Source: an uncultured Bacteroides sp. (lineage in GTDB: Bacteria; Bacteroidota; Bacteroidia; Bacteroidales; Bacteroidaceae). From it: DNA of 41,011 nt. A program made the translations under genes and the position numbers. The stretch spans positions 1 through 41,011 of the forward strand of contig URWP01000001.1 of assembly GCA_900551645.1 (NCBI GenBank), in the 5' to 3' direction. Positions 1 through 13,061 of the stretch are shown one piece after another; the stretch's first letter is position 1, and each line of letters opens with the position of its first letter. The notes under the pieces were generated by a model, which was not told the DNA's origin, made no database searches, and saw nothing but the letters and a program-made list of their open reading frames with translations.

Positions 1-73
1 GAGGATGCGACATTTTGACACACCCTCTTTTTTTGCTGTTCAGGTCCGCTACCAGATACGGCAGTTTTCTTTC

Positions 74-3000
74 TTAATGTTTATATTCACTGGGCGGTAC
101 CCCGAATTTCTTCTTGAAACTGGCAGAGAAAAATGAAAGGGTGCTGAATCCGGTCATATCAGCTATTTCCGAGATTGTATATTTGCCGGTTGCCATCAGT
201 TCGGCGGCACGGTTTAGTTTATAGTTCCGGAAGAATATACTTGGATTTTCACCCGTCAATGCTTTCAGTTTGTAGTAGAATTTGGTACGGCTTATCTTCA
301 TGACTTCTGTAATCTTGATGATATTCAGTTCCGGATTCGACAATTCCTTTTCCATCAACGCATACAGTTCATCCATGAATTTTTTGTCTTGCGGATTGAT
401 GGAACCTTCTTCCAGTTGTGTAGTATCTGTACTGTTACCCAGAATGTTGCGAGCCATGTCTCTGTTGTTGAGTTGTGAAACCAGCAGTGCTTTCAGATAT
501 TCCGGGTCAAAGGGCTTGGTGACGTATGCGTTTGCTTGGGCTTTCAGACCTTCTATCTGTTCTTCCATCCTTGTTTTGGCAGTCAGAAGAATTACCGGAA
601 TGTGGCAGAAATGATTTCCCGACTTGATTTTCTTGCAGAAAGCTACGCCATCCAGTTTTCCCGGCATGACTACATCACTCAGAATCAGGTCCGGCTTGAT
701 GTTCTCCAGTTCGGAAAAAGCACTGTCGGCATCGTATCGGTGAACAATGTGATAACTTCGGCTGAACAGCAGTTTCAGATAAGCGGAGAGTTCGTTGTCA
801 TCTTCCACTATCAGTAATACGGGTTTTTCTGTATCTGTATCTGTTTCGTTCTCCGGTTTTTCTGTTTCATCTGTCATGGCTATGGATTCGAAGACAGGAA
901 CTTGTGCTGTAGATTGCCGTTCGTTTTCCGGATAGGCTTCATCGTCTACAGGAAGCAGGACTGTGAAGACCGCTCCATGAGGAACGGCATTCTTTACTTT
1001 GATGTAGCCATGGTGCAACCATACGAGCCGGCGTACAAAATACAGTCCGATACCTGTACCGCAATTGTAGACAGCTTGTTTGTCACTGTTTATCTGATAG
1101 TATTTCAGGAAGATACTTTCCATCTTTTCTTCCGGAATGCCGCAGCCAGTATCTGCCACTTCAAGCAGTACGTACTGATTGAATCTGTCATTTTCGTTCA
1201 GGGTGAATAAAGCCGAAGCCTGTTCATGGTTTATTTTTTCTACAGAAACGGTTATCTGTCCTCCTGACGGGGTGAACTTCAAGGCATTCGATAAAAGATT
1301 GGCCAGAATTTTTTCCAGTTTGTCTGTATCTATCCATGCAGATAAATTGGCAGGCATGTTGTCGTAGGCAAGTGTAATCTTTTTTTCATCGGCATTGATT
1401 TTTACTGTTTCCAGGTAATTACGCACTTCTTGTGTAAGGTCTGTTTTTGTAACGTATAGCCGCAGTGCGTCTCCTTCCAGTTTACCCAAATCCATGATTT
1501 GGTTAATCAATTTCAGCATTCTGTTTACGCTTCGTTGTACCAGCTTCAGCAACCTGGTTTCTTCCTGACTGAAGCTGTTTTTCCGGCAAAGTGTGGCAAT
1601 GGGGCCTGCTATCATGGTGAGTGGAGTACGGAACTCGTGTGATATGTTTGTAAAGAAACTCAGGTGCATCTGATTGGTGCGTACTTCCTGTTCCCGTTCC
1701 ATTTCTGCCCATTGCGCTTTCAGGTGTTCCTTACGGATTCTCTGGATGATATAGATACCAAGCAGGATGATTCCTAAGATAAACACAGAATAGATGAGAT
1801 ATGCCCACCAGCTGAGCCAGGGAGCAGGAGAAATGGCTATATGGATACTGTTTTCGGTTTCGACAATACTTTTGTCATTACTGAAAATACGTACTTTAAA
1901 GGTATAGTTTCCGGCGGTCAGGTTGGAATAAATGGCTTCACGGTTGTTTGAGGCATCAATCCAATATTTGTCATGTCCCTCCATCTTGTATTGGTAATGT
2001 ACTTTCTGCGAGTTGGTGAAGGTCAATGCGGCATATGAGATACTGAAACTGTTTTCATTGTAGTTCAGCCGGATGTCGGGATTGAAATTCAAAGATTTGT
2101 CGATGATTCCTTTACGAACGGGATGTATCCATTCATTGTATACTTTCAACTGTTCAAACAGTACGGGAACCTGCTGTTTCCGTCCTACGTCGATAGGGTT
2201 GAAAAAAGTCAGGCCATGGGCTCCACCAAAGACGAGGGTTCCATCCGGCAGCTTACAGGAGCTATGCTGTGAGAACTGGTTTCCTCCGATACCGTCGGAT
2301 GCATAATATCCAGTGATGCGTGTATCAGTCTTATCGTATTTAAACAGGCCGTAAAGGGTACTTATCCAGATATTTCCTTGCTGGTCTTCTTCGAAACTGC
2401 AGATATCTTCGCAGGAAATTCCTTGTATTTTTGTCAGTGTCTTCTGTTCTGGTGAAAGAGTATATGCTCCACTGGAACGGGTACCTATCCAGACTTTTCC
2501 TTCGGAATCCTGGAACATGCATTTGACAATGGCCAATCCTTCTTTTACCTGTGATTTGAACGGAATAGTATTGATTTCACCCGAAACCTCATCGTATAGA
2601 TAAAGATTCATATTGAAAGGAGAAACAATGACTTTTTCTCCTTTGATAGGTAGAATATCTTGTGAGTAGATGAAGGTTCTTGCCCCTTGACGATCCAGGT
2701 ATTTTATTTCTTCAAAGGAATCTTTATCGGCCGACAGTTTATAGATAAATTCTTCCCAACAGGATACAAATACATTTCCGTTCGAGTCACTCTTCATGGT
2801 TGAACATACATAGGGTAGGTGGAATCGGTGTTGGATACGCAGGTTATTGTTCTGAAGGATACAGCAATAGATGTCCTTTTCGTTACATAGAATCCATAGG
2901 TATCCTTTCTGGTCGAACAGGACAGACTGGATTCCGTTGGAAGACAAATAGGTATTGTCTAATGGAAATGGTACGTTGATGGTTTCGATTGTTTGTTTTT

Positions 3001-4135
3001 CTGACTGGTATAGATATAGATGAGAAAACAGGTCGAATGCTACCATTCTGCCTGCCTTATCGGCTGTAAGCCCTGAAATGAATTTCTTATGGAAGAACTT
3101 GTCTACCATATTATTGTGGTTGAAATAGTCTTTGCTGTCGGATAGGATGATGGCTCCCTGGTTGAAGGTGCCTATCCATAAGTTTTTTTGTGAATCTGTA
3201 AATAGGGTAGTGACATGATAGTCAGAGACCTGATAGGGAAAGGAACTTTCAGACTGATGAACCATTTTCTGTTCATTGACATTGTACAGGAACAGTCCTT
3301 TGGAGGTAACCAGGTAAATTTCGGATTCGGTGTGGAAATGGATGAAGGAGACTGTGGTTCCCTTGAATAAAGGATGGTCTGTCAGATGAGCCGGTAACGG
3401 TGAGAAGTCTTCTGTCCGGATATTGAAGATACAGATTCCCTGTTCTGACGACAGCCATAATTCTCCGTTCGTATTCAGGAAGCAGAAAGTTGCGGAAAAC
3501 GGTAGGGAGTGACGGCTGACGATTTTATAAGTATCGGGATGAAAACACAGGATTTCATTTCCTTCTACACTCCATATCCGGTCTTTCCGATCCAGAAAAT
3601 AGTGTGGGGTCAGGAGGTCGGATTTTTCTTCCGGTAAAGTTAAAACGACATCAAAGTCATCTGTCTGGTTATTGTATTTATACAGATGGCTCATGGCATC
3701 CAGATAGATATCTCCTTTGCCGTTTTCCAGAATTTTCTGGATATTCCAGTTGGTTCCTTTCAGAAGGAACTGCTTGAAGGTATCATTGTCCTGATAAACA
3801 TTGATGCCTCTTTGTGTACCTACCCATAAACGTTTCCGGGAGTCCATGTAAAGGGTATTGACACCGTTATAGCTTAATGAATTCGGATTGTCGGAATGGA
3901 AGAATTGCTGGTATTGATAGCCGTTGTATTTATTCAGTCCTCTTAAAGTACCTATCCAGATATGACCGAACCGATCTTCGGCTATGCTCTGTACTTTCAG
4001 ATTGGAAATGGAATAATCTATGCGGGTCATTTCATCCGAACTGTCCGGCCTTGATTCCGTTTTCGTGGAGCAACCGGTTAAAAGGAGACATAAAATGAGG
4101 GCCAGGAGGTTAACAACAGCTTTCATTTGCATCAT
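74..4135 (-). CDS. Hybrid two-component system (HTCS) sensor kinase/response regulator with AraC output
   Basis: Reg_prop beta-propeller repeats (IWIGT, LWVGT), Y_Y_Y domain (YSNLTAGNYTFKV), TM helix (PWLSWWAYLIY), HisKA (FFTNISHEFRTPLT), HATPase (NLLSNALKFT, GTGIGL), receiver (ILSDVVMPG) and C-terminal AraC HTH. The start was moved from 4510 to ATG 4135 (or 4126), which begins a signal-like segment just downstream of a canonical promoter. Confidence 0.95.
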   Translation of the reverse strand: MMQMKAVVNLLALILCLLLTGCSTKTESRPDSSDEMTRIDYSISNLKVQSIAEDRFGHIWIGTLRGLNKYNGYQYQQFFHSDNPNSLSYNGVNTLYMDSRKRLWVGTQRGINVYQDNDTFKQFLLKGTNWNIQKILENGKGDIYLDAMSHLYKYNNQTDDFDVVLTLPEEKSDLLTPHYFLDRKDRIWSVEGNEILCFHPDTYKIVSRHSLPFSATFCFLNTNGELWLSSEQGICIFNIRTEDFSPLPAHLTDHPLFKGTTVSFIHFHTESEIYLVTSKGLFLYNVNEQKMVHQSESSFPYQVSDYHVTTLFTDSQKNLWIGTFNQGAIILSDSKDYFNHNNMVDKFFHKKFISGLTADKAGRMVAFDLFSHLYLYQSEKQTIETINVPFPLDNTYLSSNGIQSVLFDQKGYLWILCNEKDIYCCILQNNNLRIQHRFHLPYVCSTMKSDSNGNVFVSCWEEFIYKLSADKDSFEEIKYLDRQGARTFIYSQDILPIKGEKVIVSPFNMNLYLYDEVSGEINTIPFKSQVKEGLAIVKCMFQDSEGKVWIGTRSSGAYTLSPEQKTLTKIQGISCEDICSFEEDQQGNIWISTLYGLFKYDKTDTRITGYYASDGIGGNQFSQHSSCKLPDGTLVFGGAHGLTFFNPIDVGRKQQVPVLFEQLKVYNEWIHPVRKGIIDKSLNFNPDIRLNYNENSFSISYAALTFTNSQKVHYQYKMEGHDKYWIDASNNREAIYSNLTAGNYTFKVRIFSNDKSIVETENSIHIAISPAPWLSWWAYLIYSVFILGIILLGIYIIQRIRKEHLKAQWAEMEREQEVRTNQMHLSFFTNISHEFRTPLTMIAGPIATLCRKNSFSQEETRLLKLVQRSVNRMLKLINQIMDLGKLEGDALRLYVTKTDLTQEVRNYLETVKINADEKKITLAYDNMPANLSAWIDTDKLEKILANLLSNALKFTPSGGQITVSVEKINHEQASALFTLNENDRFNQYVLLEVADTGCGIPEEKMESIFLKYYQINSDKQAVYNCGTGIGLYFVRRLVWLHHGYIKVKNAVPHGAVFTVLLPVDDEAYPENERQSTAQVPVFESIAMTDETEKPENETDTDTEKPVLLIVEDDNELSAYLKLLFSRSYHIVHRYDADSAFSELENIKPDLILSDVVMPGKLDGVAFCKKIKSGNHFCHIPVILLTAKTRMEEQIEGLKAQANAYVTKPFDPEYLKALLVSQLNNRDMARNILGNSTDTTQLEEGSINPQDKKFMDELYALMEKELSNPELNIIKITEVMKISRTKFYYKLKALTGENPSIFFRNYKLNRAAELMATGKYTISEIADMTGFSTLSFFSASFKKKFGVPPSEYKH

Positions 4136-4173
4136 TAGTTTAGGTATTTGTCCCAAGTGTTTTTCCAGTTCTG

Positions 4174-4206
4174 CAAAGGTAACATCTTTTGTAAAAGGAA
4201 GACAAA
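4174..4206 (-). promoter_or_regulatory. Bacteroidetes primary-sigma promoter of the HTCS gene
   Basis: The minus strand reads TTTG (4206-4203), N21, TACCTTTG (4181-4174), matching the TTTG-N19-21-TAnnTTTG consensus about 40 nt upstream of the start. Confidence 0.75.
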
Positions 4207-4239
4207 AAATGCAGAAAAAAGTCACAAAAAGTTCTTTAA

Positions 4240-4344
4240 TGAACATAAATATAAGCCTTTGAACAAATAGAAAACTTCTTTTACTTCTGCGAAAATCAAT
4301 TGTACAGGCATGAAAACCTACTGAAAATGAATTCTGTAATATTG
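4240..4344 (+). promoter_or_regulatory. Putative HTCS operator (TGWACA direct repeats) and weak -7 element of the PUL operon
   Basis: TGAACA at 4240 and 4260, TGTACA at 4301 (20-21 bp phasing). Degenerate -7 TAATATTG at 4337-4344, upstream of ATG 4381. Confidence 0.45.
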
Positions 4345-4380
4345 CATTCAGAAAGTCTAACCTTAAAACGAGTGAAGAAT

Positions 4381-6029
4381 ATGAAGAAACATCTGGTTGC
4401 AGCGGGATTGTTGGCTGTATTGCTGATGAACAGTGCGTGTAGCGGCACTCAGCAGAATGTAGAGAAGCATGAACATTCAGCAGCGGCTGAGTTGATTTCA
4501 TCGGAGGCAAAAACCGTGGCTGAGACAGAAGCGGGAAAGGTTTCAGGATATATAGACAATGGGGTATATATAAAGGTATCCCTTATGCTACGGCCGAACG
4601 CTTTATGCCTCCTGTGCCTGTAGAGAAATGGGAAGGTGTAAGAAGTTCCAGAGCATACGGACCTACTTGTCCTCAGGCAGAACGGGCAGGATGGAGATCG
4701 GATGAAATAGCTTTTGCTTTCGATTGGGATGACGGATATCCGGGAGAAGACTGCCTGCGGGTGAATATCTGGACAAAAGGATTGGACAAACAGCAGAAAC
4801 GTCCGGTAATGGTATGGCTTCATGGCGGTGGTTACAGTGCTGGTTCCGGACAGGAATTACCGGGTTATGATGGAGCGAACCTGGCCAGAAAGGGAGATGT
4901 GGTAGTAGTTACCTTGAATCACCGTCTGAATGTATTGGGCTTTCTTGATTTGTCTGCTTATGGAGAAAAATATGCCCAAAGTGGTAACGCCGGATTGCTG
5001 GACCTGGTGGCAGCATTGAAATGGGTACATAACAATATCGCCAATTTTGGAGGTGACCCGGATAATGTGACCATCTTCGGTCAGTCCGGTGGAGGAGGAA
5101 AAGTTTCTACATTACTGGCTACTCCTGCCGCTAAAGGGTTATTCCATAAGGCTATTGTACAGAGCGGTTCCATGCTTCGTACAATGGAAAGCAGTTATTC
5201 GCGTCGTATCGGGGCAGCTACAGTAGAAATGCTGGGTTTGAAATCGCATAATATCGATCAGATTAACCAGATTCCTTATAAGGAGTTGTTGGCTGCCGGT
5301 GAGAAGGCTGTAGCTCAGGTCAGAAAAGAAGTGGAGAAAGAAGGTATCCATGCATTTATATTCGGTTGGGCTCCTACGGTAGACGGTGTAGTATTACCGG
5401 AACAGCCTGAGGCTTCTGTCGCTATGTCGAAAGATATTCCGATGATGATTGGTACTACCTTGCACGAATTCTGTCCAAGTACCTATGTTCCGGCATTCCG
5501 TAATGCTACCATGGAACAGGTTAAGAAAATGTTGCAGGATACATTTGGAAAACGCACGGATGAGTTTATTGATTTGTTCAAAAAGGCTTATCCGGGTTGT
5601 CAACCCAAAGATATATTGGATGTAGACCGGATTTTCCGTCCGAATGCTATCGAACAGGGCAATTGGAAATCGGCAGCTCAAGGAGCACCGGTATACATGT
5701 ATCAGTTTGCATGGGAATCTCCGGCCTTGGATGGTATTTTACGTTCTACACACTGTATGGAAATACCTTTTGTGTTCGATAATATCGCCCGTAGTGCGGC
5801 GATGACCGGTGGTGGAAAAGAGGCGCAGGCATTGGCCGATAAGATGAGCAGTGCCTGGATTCAGTTTGCCAGGACTGGAAATCCGAATGTAGCGGGACTT
5901 CCGGAATGGACGCCTTACACCAAGGAGAATGGTGCCTTGATGATTTTCAATAATACATGCGAATTGAAATCTAATCCTGATACGCAACTGATGCAGTTCG
6001 TTGCAGAATTTCCTGTACGCGGCTTTTAA
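4381..6029 (+). pseudogene. Frameshifted lipoprotein type-B carboxylesterase (COesterase/PnbA-like)
   Basis: ATG 4381 gives a lipoprotein signal (MKKHLVAAGLLAVLLMNSAC) and ETEAGKVSGYIDNGVY. The continuation KGIPYATAERFMPP starts at 4572 in another frame and runs into EDCLRVNIW, WLHGGG, FGGDPDNVTIFGQSGGG and STHCMEIPFVF. The break lies in TATATATA at 4565-4572. Confidence 0.88.
4565..4572 (+). repeat. (TA)4 dinucleotide tract at the carboxylesterase frameshift
   Basis: GGGG-TATATATA-AAGGTATC. (TA)6 gives GVYIYKGIPY and (TA)3 gives GVYKGIPY, both in frame with the downstream ORF. Confidence 0.7.
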
Positions 6030-6046
6030 TTCTAAATTACTAATAT

Positions 6047-9000
6047 ATGAAAATGACACAGAAAATGAATTGGATCAAACAGATCCTGTGTGCGATGTTT
6101 GTATGCATGGCACATGTGGTATCCGCACAGCAGGTTGCGGTACGAGGACAAGTGCTTGACGCTGGTACAAAAGAGCCTATGATTGGAGTCAGTGTGCTTG
6201 AAAAAGGTACAACCAACGGAACCATTACAGATTTCGATGGTAACTATTCACTGAATGTGGCCAAAGGTAAGACATTGGTCTTTTCTTACATCGGTTATGT
6301 GACACAGGAAATAGTCGTTTCAGGTGAAACTCTGAATGTGAATCTGAAGGAAGATTCCAAGACTTTGAGTGAAGTGGTGGTAGTAGGTTATGGTGTACAG
6401 AAGAAAAGTTCGGTAACGGGTGCCATTTCTCAGGTAAAGACAGAAGATTTGGAAAACCGTTCGGTTGCCAATCCACAGGCTGCTCTGCAAGGTAAGACGG
6501 CTGGTGTGCAGATCATTTCTTCTTCTGCTGCTCCGGGTGCTTCTCCTACGGTACGTGTACGTGGTTTCTCTTCTAACGTTTCATCCAACCCGTTGTATGT
6601 AGTGGATGGTGTCCGTTTGTCTGATATTTCAGGTCTTGACCCGAATGACATCGCTTCCATTGAAGTGTTGAAGGATGCCGCTTCAGCTGCTATCTATGGT
6701 GCTGAGGCTGGTAACGGTGTCGTATTGATTTCTACCAAGAAAGGAACCAAAGGACAGGGAAAAATCAATTATGACTTCCAGTATACCATTCAGTCTGTAG
6801 GGAAGATTCCGACATTACTGAATGCTGAAGAATATAAGAATTACATGATAGAAGGAAATGTGTTTGATGCCAGTAAGTTTGCTAACGACTGGGATGGTGT
6901 GACAGATACCAACTGGGCAGATGTGGTATTCGGAAAAGGTATCATACAGAAACATAACCTTTCTTTCTCTAACGGAAATGAAAAGGGTAGCTATTATTTG
7001 TCTATGTCTTATTTGAACAATGACGGTATTGTAAAAGGCAATGCAGACTTCTATAAACGTCTGACCGGTTCTATCAATGCGGATTATCAGATTAAGGATT
7101 GGTTGAAAGTTGGTACTACCAATCAGATTGAAAAGTATAATTACCGTCAGCTTTCACAGAACAATGCTTACGGCAGTTTCTTCCAGGCTGTGATGGAACT
7201 TGACCCATTGACTCCGGATACTTACGCTCCGGGAAACCTGCCGGACAATATGATAGCCGCGCTGAACAACGGACAGACACTGCTTACTGATGAAAACGGA
7301 AACTATTATGCTGTTTCTAAATTTGTAGAATCAGAGAATTATCATCCGATGATTATGAGAGACAATACGGCTCCGAAAAACAGCGGATTTAATGTCAACG
7401 GATCTGTATATGGAGAATTGAAACCGCTTGACGGATTGGTGATTACTTCTCGTTTCGGATACCGTCTGTCAGGTACCCGTTCTTCTACAACGAACTTGCC
7501 GTATTATGGAAACTCTGTACAGAACAATAATTTCATTTCACAGAGTGGCACATCAAGTACAACCATTTATTGGCAGTGGGAAAACTTCGCGAACTATATC
7601 AAGACATTCAACGAACATACCATTACAGCTATGTTGGGTATGTCTTATCAGGAATCTACATACGATTATATTACAGCAGGCTATAGCGCAAACGGTGCCG
7701 ATGCGTTGTTGGGTAGAGATCCTTCTTTCTGGTATCTGAGCTATGGCAGTCCTTCTGCTTCGAAGAGCATTACCGGTGAAAAGACCCGTACAGCCAAATA
7801 TTCTTACTTCGGACGTATCGGATATGATTTTGCAGGCAAGTATATGTTACAGGCTTCTCTCCGTGCCGATGCTGCCGACTTGGCTTATCTGCCTGCCAGT
7901 GGACGTTGGGGATATTTTCCTGCAGTATCTGCCGGTTGGACAATTTCTGAAGAAAATTTCTTCGAACCGCTGAAAGATGTTGTTTCAAACATGAAACTGC
8001 GTGCCAGCTGGGGTCAGAACGGTAGTCTGGCTGCCTTAGGCAGTTATGCATACGGTACGACCATGAATAATTCCGGCTATTATCCGTTTGTTCCAGGTAA
8101 TACTTATGTTACTGCTGTACGTCCGAACAGTTTGGGTAACGATGATTTGAGGTGGGAAACTTCCGAACAGCTGAACATCGGTCTGGACGCTCGTTTCTTT
8201 AATGACCGCCTGACTTTCTCTATTGACTGGTTCAATAAGAAAACGAAAGATTTGCTGGTAACAGGAACTACTCCTTCCTTGATTATCGGTGGTACCACTT
8301 CGCCGATTAATGCCGGTAATGTAAGTAATAAAGGTTTTGAATTTGAATTGGGATGGAGAGACAACATCGGTGATTTCAATTACAGTATTAAGGGAAATCT
8401 GGCTACCTTAAAGAATAAGGTTACTTACTTGGATCCTTCTTTGACCCGTTTGGCAGGAACAACTTTCCATACCAGTACAATTACTTATTTTGAAGAAGGT
8501 TATCCGGTATACTATTTCCGTGGTTATAAATACGAAGGTGTAGATCCTGCAACCGGAGAGCCTGTATTCGAAGATATTGACGGTGACGGAACTGTAAATG
8601 AAAACGATAAGACTTATATAGGCGATGCTATTCCTGATTTCACTTACGGTATTACACTGACAGCGGCCTGGAAAGGTCTGGATCTGACTGTATTTGGCAG
8701 TGGCTCGTACGGAAACGATATCTTCAACTGTGCTACCCGTTCAGACCATATCTCGGCAAACAAGATGAAGAAATTCTTCTATGATGACCGTTGGACTCCT
8801 GACCATACACAGGCTTCTGTACCTAGAGCAAATGCTACTTCGATGGATAAATATCTGGTTTCTGATGCTATGGTATTCGATGGTTCTTATTTCAAGATTA
8901 AACAGATTCAATTGGGATACACATTGCCGAAGGCTTGGACTAAGAAAGCATTCATCCAGAACATGAGATTGTATGTTTCTTTGGAAGACTTCTTTACTTT

Positions 9001-9121
9001 CACCAAGTATGACGGATTTGATCCGGAAGCTTCTGCCAGCGATACTTCTGGTATGGGTATTGATATGGGTACTTACCCTACTTCAAAGAAAGTGATGTTA
9101 GGCTTCAATGTTGAATTTTAA
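6047..9121 (+). CDS. SusC/RagA-family TonB-dependent transporter
   Basis: CarboxypepD_reg-like N-terminus (GTITDFDGNYSL), TonB box region (LSEVVVVGYG), plug motif (IEVLKDAASAAIYG..NGVVLISTKKG), LRWETSEQ and C-terminal Phe (FNVEF). Confidence 0.97.
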   Translation: MKMTQKMNWIKQILCAMFVCMAHVVSAQQVAVRGQVLDAGTKEPMIGVSVLEKGTTNGTITDFDGNYSLNVAKGKTLVFSYIGYVTQEIVVSGETLNVNLKEDSKTLSEVVVVGYGVQKKSSVTGAISQVKTEDLENRSVANPQAALQGKTAGVQIISSSAAPGASPTVRVRGFSSNVSSNPLYVVDGVRLSDISGLDPNDIASIEVLKDAASAAIYGAEAGNGVVLISTKKGTKGQGKINYDFQYTIQSVGKIPTLLNAEEYKNYMIEGNVFDASKFANDWDGVTDTNWADVVFGKGIIQKHNLSFSNGNEKGSYYLSMSYLNNDGIVKGNADFYKRLTGSINADYQIKDWLKVGTTNQIEKYNYRQLSQNNAYGSFFQAVMELDPLTPDTYAPGNLPDNMIAALNNGQTLLTDENGNYYAVSKFVESENYHPMIMRDNTAPKNSGFNVNGSVYGELKPLDGLVITSRFGYRLSGTRSSTTNLPYYGNSVQNNNFISQSGTSSTTIYWQWENFANYIKTFNEHTITAMLGMSYQESTYDYITAGYSANGADALLGRDPSFWYLSYGSPSASKSITGEKTRTAKYSYFGRIGYDFAGKYMLQASLRADAADLAYLPASGRWGYFPAVSAGWTISEENFFEPLKDVVSNMKLRASWGQNGSLAALGSYAYGTTMNNSGYYPFVPGNTYVTAVRPNSLGNDDLRWETSEQLNIGLDARFFNDRLTFSIDWFNKKTKDLLVTGTTPSLIIGGTTSPINAGNVSNKGFEFELGWRDNIGDFNYSIKGNLATLKNKVTYLDPSLTRLAGTTFHTSTITYFEEGYPVYYFRGYKYEGVDPATGEPVFEDIDGDGTVNENDKTYIGDAIPDFTYGITLTAAWKGLDLTVFGSGSYGNDIFNCATRSDHISANKMKKFFYDDRWTPDHTQASVPRANATSMDKYLVSDAMVFDGSYFKIKQIQLGYTLPKAWTKKAFIQNMRLYVSLEDFFTFTKYDGFDPEASASDTSGMGIDMGTYPTSKKVMLGFNVEF

Positions 9122-9133
9122 ATCAGAATTATT

Positions 9134-11957
<2,824 letters not shown>

Positions 11958-12008
11958 TCTTTAGATAATTATTTTCCGTTTTTGTTTATACGGAAGTTTA
12001 TAATCAGT

Positions 12009-12056
12009 TCGCTACAGCTATGCGGTTTATCCGTATGCTGTAGCGATTACTGTTTT
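12009..12056. terminator. Stem-loop between the convergent esterase and AraC genes
   Basis: TCGCTACAGC (12009-12018) pairs with GCTGTAGCGA (12037-12046), with an inner ATGCGG/CCGTAT stem and a T-rich tail. Confidence 0.75.
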
Positions 12057-12073
12057 ATGACCTGAGAAGAACT

Positions 12074-12985
12074 TTATTTTAGTTCATCCTGATGAACCGA
12101 AGATTCCTGCTTCCTGTATTGAGTTGGTGTCATTCCGATGATTTTTGTGAACATTCGGGTAAAGTAAGCAGGTTCTTCGAATCCTAGCAGGGTAGCCACT
12201 TCATAAATTTTATTGTGAGTCATTTCCAGATATTGGCAGGCCTTCTGCATTTTCAACCGGATGTAGTAATTGATGGGAGAGACACCTGTCTCTTTCTGGA
12301 ACAAGGTACAGAAATGAGAGGGTGAATATTTGAAATATCCGGCTATCTGTTCCAGTGTCAGATTCTGATGGATGTTTTCCTGCATATAGTGGACCGCTTT
12401 GGCCGATAAGAGCAGGTATTCTTTATGGGTAGGCAGATTGATGGACCGATATTGGTCTAAATAAAGAAACGAAGCCAGAAACTGGTATAGACACATCGAA
12501 GAATAGATAAGATTCTCCAAGGTATATCCCATCGAAAAACTGTGATAGATTTCTTCGAACAGGTTCAGTCGGTCCTGTAGACGGGAATAGTCACCAGGAA
12601 GAATATTACGGGGAGTATGATTTGACGGTACGAACCGGTCTGCCAGTATACCTTTGAAATGAATCCAATAGATAGTCCATGGGTCTTCATCGTGTGCGCC
12701 AAACGAGTAGGGGACACGGGAAGGAAGAATAATATACTGGTTCTCGTTGATTTCGTGGGTCTTTCCTCCGATAGTGTACCAACCTTTTCCTCCTGTACAA
12801 TAGATAAGCATGGCATAGTTGCAACCTTTTTCTTTTTGTACATAATGGTACTTTACATGCGGAAAGAATCCCATTTTCCGGATGTATAGGTTTCTGACTA
12901 ATGGATTCCGACTATATTCTTGCAGGATACCTTCGGGTAGGGTAGCGAATCTTTCTCCCTTGAATCCTTCCTTTATTTTTATCAT
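12074..12985 (-). CDS. AraC-family transcriptional regulator with N-terminal cupin ligand-binding domain
   Basis: MIKIKEGFKGER start (ATG 12985), PWTIYWIHFKG cupin motif and C-terminal double HTH (LGFEEPAYFTRMFTKIIGMTPTQYR). Confidence 0.93.
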   Translation of the reverse strand: MIKIKEGFKGERFATLPEGILQEYSRNPLVRNLYIRKMGFFPHVKYHYVQKEKGCNYAMLIYCTGGKGWYTIGGKTHEINENQYIILPSRVPYSFGAHDEDPWTIYWIHFKGILADRFVPSNHTPRNILPGDYSRLQDRLNLFEEIYHSFSMGYTLENLIYSSMCLYQFLASFLYLDQYRSINLPTHKEYLLLSAKAVHYMQENIHQNLTLEQIAGYFKYSPSHFCTLFQKETGVSPINYYIRLKMQKACQYLEMTHNKIYEVATLLGFEEPAYFTRMFTKIIGMTPTQYRKQESSVHQDELK

Positions 12986-13021
12986 GGCCGATAATCGTAA
13001 GATAGTATAAGTAATTCGAAA

Positions 13022-13061
13022 CAAAGATAATGTTTGTTTTGGGTTTCGGATGCTACTTTTG
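13022..13061. promoter_or_regulatory. Back-to-back -7 promoter elements for araC (-) and the mannoside operon (+)
   Basis: TATCTTTG on the minus strand (13029-13022) and TACTTTTG on the plus strand (13054-13061), within a 94-bp intergenic region. Confidence 0.65.

Noticed and set aside
4136..4510. 125-aa N-terminal extension of the HTCS in the ORF track
   Set aside because: It runs through the promoter region and overlaps the divergent esterase start. A consensus promoter at 4174-4206 supports ATG 4135/4126.
4300..4623. 107-aa ORF as an independent small lipoprotein gene
   Set aside because: It is the 5' fragment of the frameshifted carboxylesterase. Residues after GVYI are out-of-frame read-through.
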